Assembly: GCA_963662665.2 (NCBI GenBank)
Contig: CAXXJS010000062.1
Location: 1-11,561, forward strand
DNA length: 11,561 nucleotides
Direction: 5' to 3'
From: Candidatus Latescibacterota bacterium
GTDB taxonomy: Bacteria > Latescibacterota > UBA2968 > GCA-2709665
Below, in pieces: positions 6,856-11,561 of this stretch. The notes beneath the pieces were generated by a model that worked only from the letters and a program-made list of their open reading frames with translations, was not told the DNA's origin and did not search any database. A program made the translations under genes and the position numbers. Numbering within the stretch: position 1 is the first letter of the stretch; every line of letters begins with the position of its first letter.

Positions 6856-9800
6856 TTACCGCCTTACCAATCCGGGCCGAATGCCGAACCGCTCCCGAAA
6901 CGCGCTGTCGAACTCACCTTCGCGGATGTTTTGCCGAACGGCATCTCGAACGAAGACTCTCACGACCGGCTCTCCGTTTTGACCCACCGAATGTTGGACC
7001 TCAACGTCTTCGGAATCTTCCGATACAGTTCTCTGGTCAAAGATTTGGACGATTGGAACCGGCCCCGATCCGATTACCGGTGCGGGCGGCGATCCACCAC
7101 CGACGTAGCCGCCGCTCTGGAAGCGTGGCGAGCGGTTGATGTTCTGCAAAAGTCCCAAGTGGGCGCGTGTCGCTGCGGCATTCACAACGAATTCTCCGTT
7201 TGAGACTCTGGCGAGAATTCTGTCCGATCTCGGTCCCCCGGGGCCACGAACCATGCCGCCACTCCTAAATCCACCGAAACCCGGAACCAATGACAGTCGA
7301 CCGGCGCTGGTTGCGGGTTGCCCCAAAGATTGAATGGCGGCATTTCTTCCCGGGAGAAAGGCCCCGCTCAGAGCGCCGGCCAGTCCAGTCAGCAACGGCC
7401 CGAGAATCCGCTGTCGGAAAACGATTCGCGCAAGATCGGCCAAGATGCTGTTGACCAAATCGGTAAACGAAAACTTTCCAGTTCGAGCGAAGTCGGTCAA
7501 AGCCTGTTCCATGGTCTGGAACGCATTGACCGTTGCGTTCCTGACTTGCTCGGCAAGACTTCCGATCTGACTGAATACGGATTCCAATCCGATTTGAATC
7601 CCACCGAAAATATCACCGGTGGCCAGAATCCGCTGCCGCTCCACAATTTCATCGAGAGCGTTCAATGCTTCCTCGGCTCCGTCCCGCGTCAGGTCGATTC
7701 CTTCACGCACCTTGACGGCCCACAACTCAGCTTCCCGTCCGGTGTCGCGAGTTGCAAGTCCCAACTGAACCTGCCGCCGGTGGATCGTCAACAGGGACCG
7801 GGCATGTTGCTGAGCGAGTTCCTGCAAGGCCCTTTCCCGTGCTTCGTCACGGGAACTTTGAGCCGCTTCCCGTTGGGCTGTTACGACGGCATCTAGGGCG
7901 GCCCGCAGTTCAGCGTATCCCTCTTGGGTTCGGTCCAGATTCGCGAGAGTCTGGATCCGCCAGCGTTCAATCTCGACGATCTGACGTGGATAGGCGTCCA
8001 AAAGAGCCAACTGAGCATCGCCAATCTCCTCGATGGCTTTCGCATTACGCCGGTTCGCGGCCGCTTCCTCTTCGTTCAATGCCCGCCGGATTGCGATCTG
8101 CTGGTTCAAATCGCGGATGGTCTGAGCAGCTTCGGAGTCCAATTCGATCCCGAGCCGCTTGATCTGGTTGAAGGCTTGGCTTCTCTCGGCATTTTCAGTG
8201 ACTAACTCCAACTCGTTTTCAAGCGCGACGATCACCGCATTGATCTGATTCTGCTCCTCTTCCAGAACGCGGTTGATCCGAGCTCGGGTGTTTTCCCCCA
8301 ACGCGACTAATGCGTTTTGGACAAACCGTTCCGAGACAAGTCGATTCTCACCCAGTTGACGGATCTGAGCGGCCGCTTGGCTTTCTTCCCGCAGCACCAC
8401 CGAAATTCGATCCATCGTGAGTTGGGCCGTATCGTTTTCGAGTTGCGTTCGGATGCGAGTCAGCCGTTGCCGGTTTTTCTCCGCTTCCTGAACTTCGACA
8501 GCAGTGGGAGAGTCGGAGAGGCCTCCAACTTGCGGGAGCGAACTCGGACGTGCCGCGCCGAAATTGTCGAGGGACCGCAGCCTCTGGATCAGCCCGTCGA
8601 CTTCGGAATTCGTATCGGCCAGTTCTCCTCGCAGCCGGATCAGGCGTCGCTCCCGTTCGGCGTTCGCACCCGCTCCAAGTTCCGGCCCGACAGGGATTGG
8701 AGCGCCACCCGCAAAGCCAATGGTTGGCCGAACGGTCCGCCCTTGGGCCAAGGCAGCTTCACGCTCCGCTGATTGAATCTGATCCTCCAAGGCCCTGGAT
8801 CGGGTCAATACCCTTCCGAGTTGATCTTCAAATCGGAGCCGGATCGCATCTCTTTGGGCCTCGTTCAGATTTTCCAGGCTCTGGCGGAATTCGTCGATGC
8901 TCATGGACATTTGGTCGATCGGGTTCGACGTGTCCCGGGCGGCATTCGCCAGTTCGACAATTCCGAGCACCACCAACGCGATCAACCCCAACGGGCCACC
9001 GACCAACGCGAGAAATGATCTGGCTAGAATCCGTCCGGTTCGGCTCAGAACGATCAGCGCCGTGGTTGTAGCGATCGATTGCCCGCGAAGCGCCGCCAAT
9101 CTCGGGATAGCAGCTTGAGCGCTACGGCCCACGCCGACGAATGAGAGTGAAGCCCCGGCGGCCTGCGCCCTGACAGCCGCGAATGACCGGCTGGTCAGCA
9201 AGGCCGTCCGGTTCGCAGCACCAAAGGCCGCGACGGACCGCACCACGGCCCTGACGAGCCGGATTCCGATCAAAACAACCAAGGCGCGAAACACGGATGT
9301 CACAATTTCGATGTTCCGGCTCAACGCCCTGAGAATTTCAGCAAGAGAATTCAGAGTGTTGGTGAGCGTGTTCGTCGGCCCAGCATCACCGAATGACAGG
9401 ATCAGACCTTCCCAAGCCGATCTCACCCGTAGAATGGCTCCGTTCAAGTTGTCATCCATGACCAATGCGAAGGAAACCACGGTCCCTTCGGCATTTTGGA
9501 GAGATTCATCGAAATCTTCGATGAAATCGATCAAGCTCGACAGAACCTCAAAGGCAGGTCCGCCACGCTCTTGGAAGATGTCGATCGCGAGCGCGGTGTT
9601 TACACCGGAAGACCGGAGTTCACGGACGGCTTCGACCAGTCCGACCGTCGAAACCCGGACATCCTGAATGTCCACGCCCAATCCTTTGAAGATCCGGGCC
9701 ACCCGGGGAGTCGGAGATTCCAACTCGGTCAGCACCCGCCGCAGTCCGGTTCCAGCGATCGATGCTTGGAGGCCGGCATTCGAGAGAGCGCCGACGGCGG

Positions 9801-10404
9801 CAGTCGTGGTTTCGAGAGACAGCCCCAATCCGGCCGCGACGGGAGCGACAAATTTGAGAGCATCACCGAGTTGCTGAACGTTGGTGTTCGACCGGTTCGT
9901 CGCGAGCGCCAGCACATCCACTACGCGGGCCGTTTCGGATGCTTCCAGCCGGAAGCCCGTCAGGACGTTGGTGGCGATGTCCGCAGCGCGTCCCAGATCC
10001 AATGCGCCGGCTTGCGCCAGCAACAAGGTTCCGTGGACGGTCTGCAGGATCTCGGACGCATTGAACCCCGCTCGGGCGATGAAGGTCATGCCTTCCGCAA
10101 CCTGAGCAGCGGTGAACCGGGTTGTGGCTCCGAGCCGCTTCGCTTCGTCGGATAGGGCTTGGAACTGGGCGGCCGTCGCGCTGGAAATCGCTCGGGTTGT
10201 GGCGATGGCTTGGGAAAACTGGGCCATCACCCGAATCACCGAACGAATGCCGGCGATTACAGCGGTGAACGTGAACAGTTGACCGATTAGTTGTCGGGTG
10301 CGATCCGCTTGGCGGCCGACTCGATGGATTGCCCGTTCGACCTCCCGCGCACCACGCTTGGCCCGGCGCGGGTCGACTTGGATGATGATTCGGATATCAG
10401 CCAT
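6856..10404 (-). CDS. Tail tape measure protein, 1182 aa
   Basis: N-terminal TP901-family core (AKRLGATTRFTAAQVAEGM.FIARAGF, DVLA.....SNTNVQQLGDALKFVAPVA, MDDNLNG), central hydrophobic segments and coiled-coil, lambda-like C-terminal region (F..MEQALTDFARTGKFSFTDLVNSILADLARI; GG.V.GPGGPRSD.ILARVSNGEFVVNAAAT). At the usual ~0.15 nm per residue this implies a tail of about 170-180 nm. Confidence 0.97.
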   Translation of the reverse strand: MADIRIIIQVDPRRAKRGAREVERAIHRVGRQADRTRQLIGQLFTFTAVIAGIRSVIRVMAQFSQAIATTRAISSATAAQFQALSDEAKRLGATTRFTAAQVAEGMTFIARAGFNASEILQTVHGTLLLAQAGALDLGRAADIATNVLTGFRLEASETARVVDVLALATNRSNTNVQQLGDALKFVAPVAAGLGLSLETTTAAVGALSNAGLQASIAGTGLRRVLTELESPTPRVARIFKGLGVDIQDVRVSTVGLVEAVRELRSSGVNTALAIDIFQERGGPAFEVLSSLIDFIEDFDESLQNAEGTVVSFALVMDDNLNGAILRVRSAWEGLILSFGDAGPTNTLTNTLNSLAEILRALSRNIEIVTSVFRALVVLIGIRLVRAVVRSVAAFGAANRTALLTSRSFAAVRAQAAGASLSFVGVGRSAQAAIPRLAALRGQSIATTTALIVLSRTGRILARSFLALVGGPLGLIALVVLGIVELANAARDTSNPIDQMSMSIDEFRQSLENLNEAQRDAIRLRFEDQLGRVLTRSRALEDQIQSAEREAALAQGRTVRPTIGFAGGAPIPVGPELGAGANAERERRLIRLRGELADTNSEVDGLIQRLRSLDNFGAARPSSLPQVGGLSDSPTAVEVQEAEKNRQRLTRIRTQLENDTAQLTMDRISVVLREESQAAAQIRQLGENRLVSERFVQNALVALGENTRARINRVLEEEQNQINAVIVALENELELVTENAERSQAFNQIKRLGIELDSEAAQTIRDLNQQIAIRRALNEEEAAANRRNAKAIEEIGDAQLALLDAYPRQIVEIERWRIQTLANLDRTQEGYAELRAALDAVVTAQREAAQSSRDEARERALQELAQQHARSLLTIHRRQVQLGLATRDTGREAELWAVKVREGIDLTRDGAEEALNALDEIVERQRILATGDIFGGIQIGLESVFSQIGSLAEQVRNATVNAFQTMEQALTDFARTGKFSFTDLVNSILADLARIVFRQRILGPLLTGLAGALSGAFLPGRNAAIQSLGQPATSAGRLSLVPGFGGFRSGGMVRGPGGPRSDRILARVSNGEFVVNAAATRAHLGLLQNINRSPRFQSGGYVGGGSPPAPVIGSGPVPIVQIFDQRTVSEDSEDVEVQHSVGQNGEPVVRVFVRDAVRQNIREGEFDSAFRERFGIRPGLVRR

Positions 10405-10427
10405 CGAAAACCCACCAAATCATAGCA

Positions 10428-10799
10428 CTAACGACGGATCACATTTTTCTCTCCGGGCTTCCTGGTCTTGCTCTTTTTCTTCCGCTCATCCTCCTGCCAT
10501 ATCAAGTAGGTTCCATCGAGCGCCTGAATGATTCTGACGAATCCTTGGGCTATGTCCGGTTCAAGGCCCATTCGGTCGGCATAGCTGACGATTTGATCCC
10601 ATGGAATCGGACCAACTCCGAACCCGATAGACCGAGTTGACGACAGGTCCCAAAACGCTTTGAGGTAGAAATCATCCTCAGGTGTCGATTCGGGACGATC
10701 TATGAACCACTTCGGAAGGGGTTGACCTCTGGCATCTGCAACTTCTATGGCCCATCCGTCCCGCTGGAACCGAAGCACCCATAGAAGTTGCTCTGTCAG
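10428..10799 (-). CDS. Tail assembly chaperone C-terminal part (gpT-like), probably made as a ~266-aa G-T fusion by -1 frameshift
   Basis: The frame of ORF 10428..10778 stays open back to 10799 (LTEQLLWVLRFQRDGW...), which is exactly the -1 frame at the slippery site. The motif AFWDLSSTR..GFG.GPIPW..I..YA...G is typical of pre-tape-measure chaperone extensions. The track's GTG start has no clear SD. Confidence 0.85.
   Translation of the reverse strand: MTEQLLWVLRFQRDGWAIEVADARGQPLPKWFIDRPESTPEDDFYLKAFWDLSSTRSIGFGVGPIPWDQIVSYADRMGLEPDIAQGFVRIIQALDGTYLIWQEDERKKKSKTRKPGEKNVIRR
10738..10791 (-). promoter_or_regulatory. Predicted mRNA stem-loop (perfect 13-bp stem) 3' of the slippery site; putative frameshift stimulator
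   Basis: gcaacttctatgg (10738-10750) is the exact reverse complement of ccatagaagttgc (10779-10791). The 28-nt interior can pair further (GUUCC/GGGAC). The stem begins 7 nt after the heptamer. Confidence 0.8.
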
Positions 10800-11227
10800 T
10801 TTTTTTCCGTGTTGGCGGGGTCCGGTTCGTCCTCAGTCAGGAATGAAGAGGGGTCGGACGCGAAATCCCTCAGCTCATCGAATAGCCAATACGGAATCAT
10901 CCGCAAGAACTTCTTGCAGTCCTCCACGGTAAACGGCACGTCTTCACCGTTCTTGTCCGTGACGTTCCCCCATCCGACCACGACGAATTTCGCGTACAGG
11001 CGGGCATCTTCCATGCGCCGTTGCCGCAGGGTTTCGGTCGAGATTTGGCGCATCCGAAATCCACGTCTGCTCTGCTGTTGCCGCCGGAGAAGCGCGTTGA
11101 AGAATGGCTTGTTGGATTCATCGGCCAGACGGACATCCAGCCACGGTTCGCCCAGAATCTCAAAGAAGGTGTACCGCGCGGTTTCCTTCTTGCCGCTTGA
11201 ATCTGCCAGATGAGAAAAGTCGGTCAT
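10796..11227 (-). CDS. Tail assembly chaperone (gpG-like), 143 aa
   Basis: Lies between the tube and tape measure genes. Motif LYA..VVVGW.NVTD.NGEDVPFT.E. SD-like AAGGGG upstream. Ends in a slippery sequence. Confidence 0.88.
   Translation of the reverse strand: MTDFSHLADSSGKKETARYTFFEILGEPWLDVRLADESNKPFFNALLRRQQQSRRGFRMRQISTETLRQRRMEDARLYAKFVVVGWGNVTDKNGEDVPFTVEDCKKFLRMIPYWLFDELRDFASDPSSFLTEDEPDPANTEKN
10799..10805 (-). other. -1 ribosomal frameshift slippery heptamer A_AAA_AAC
   Basis: The minus strand reads ACG GAA AAA AAC TGA. This is an X_XXY_YYZ pattern in the correct phase at the last codons of the chaperone gene. Confidence 0.88.
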
Positions 11228-11269
11228 TTGCGAAAACCCCTTAGAAATTCAAGTTTACGATCGTCGAAA

Positions 11270-11561
11270 TCAGGGCAGCGGAACTCGGAACAAGCTGACC
11301 CCGAGAGAAATTCCGAACTGCTCATCCTCTGATGCCTGCCCCGTCGTATTGATCAGAACCGATTCGTTGGTCGGGAATTCCCGGCCGCCTCCGCCCAGGG
11401 TCATTCTCGGGATATCGACAGCGATCACACCATCGGCGTTTTTCAACACAAAATCCATCGAAACATCCAGGTTCTGTCTGATGGCTCCGGTGATTTTCCC
11501 GGAATTGAAAAGTGCTTGCGCTTCCACATCGACAAAGAAGGATCCGAAATTCACGAATACG
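11270..11561 (-). CDS. Major tail tube protein, C-terminal part (5'-truncated by the window)
   Basis: The frame is open to the window edge (...VFVNFGSFFVDVEAQALF...DGVIAVDIPRMTLGGGGREFPTNESVLINTTGQA...). It is beta-rich, resembles the C-terminus of the Phage_tube_2-type family from memory, and lies directly upstream of the chaperones. Confidence 0.78.
   Translation of the reverse strand, partial: VFVNFGSFFVDVEAQALFNSGKITGAIRQNLDVSMDFVLKNADGVIAVDIPRMTLGGGGREFPTNESVLINTTGQASEDEQFGISLGVSLFRVPLP

Larger units (their letters stand above)
1..11561 (-). mobile_element. Siphovirus-type phage/prophage tail morphogenesis module (both ends lie outside the window)
   Basis: Co-oriented, abutting or overlapping genes in canonical order: tube, chaperones, tape measure, Dit-like, DUF1833-like, NlpC/P60, J-like tip. 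No att site or host gene is visible, so free phage and prophage cannot be told apart. Confidence 0.95.

Noticed and set aside
10776-10778. GTG start for an independent 116-aa protein
   Set aside because: It has no clear SD, it is enclosed by the predicted hairpin, and the frame extends to the slippery site, so a frameshift fusion is the better explanation. Independent initiation is not strictly excluded.
1180-11213. Numerous 60-265-aa plus-strand and alternative-frame ORFs (e.g. 4814..5611, 9496..10155, 3778..4386)
   Set aside because: They overlap well-supported tail genes and are expected shadow ORFs in GC-rich, stop-poor DNA.
42-11263. Cyanobacterial HIP1 signature
   Set aside because: No full GCGATCGC was found among the CGATCG sites checked, and their number is roughly what the general GATC excess predicts.
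11228-11269. Possible terminator between the tube and chaperone genes (acgatcgt palindrome at 11257-11264)
   Set aside because: The stem is short and weak and has no correctly placed U-tract on the minus strand.
1-11561. Gene transfer agent, tailocin or contractile injection system
   Set aside because: The tape measure is much longer than RcGTA-type ones, and there are no sheath or baseplate wedge genes. A non-contractile tailocin cannot be formally excluded without seeing head genes, but nothing here supports it.

Overview
The whole window is one tightly packed minus-strand operon encoding the tail module of a siphovirus-type phage or prophage with a long non-contractile tail. In transcription order: tail tube protein (3' end only), tail assembly chaperone pair (lambda G/GT-like), 1182-aa tape measure protein, distal-tail-like protein, DUF1833-like tail-tip protein, stand-alone NlpC/P60 protein, 1434-aa gpI/gpJ-like tail tip protein, a 170-aa putative virion protein, and a repeat-rich ORF starting at 786 that runs off the left edge and is missing from the ORF track. 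The best-supported special signal is a -1 programmed frameshift cassette: A_AAA_AAC, a 7-nt spacer, then a perfect 13-bp inverted repeat. Other signals are strong lysine depletion limited to predicted virion proteins, identical short motifs at gene junctions, about 4-fold GATC enrichment, and a recent 63-bp duplication in a repeat protein. No tRNA, CRISPR, integrase or defence gene is visible. All family assignments come from remembered motifs and synteny, not database searches, and all counts are by hand.
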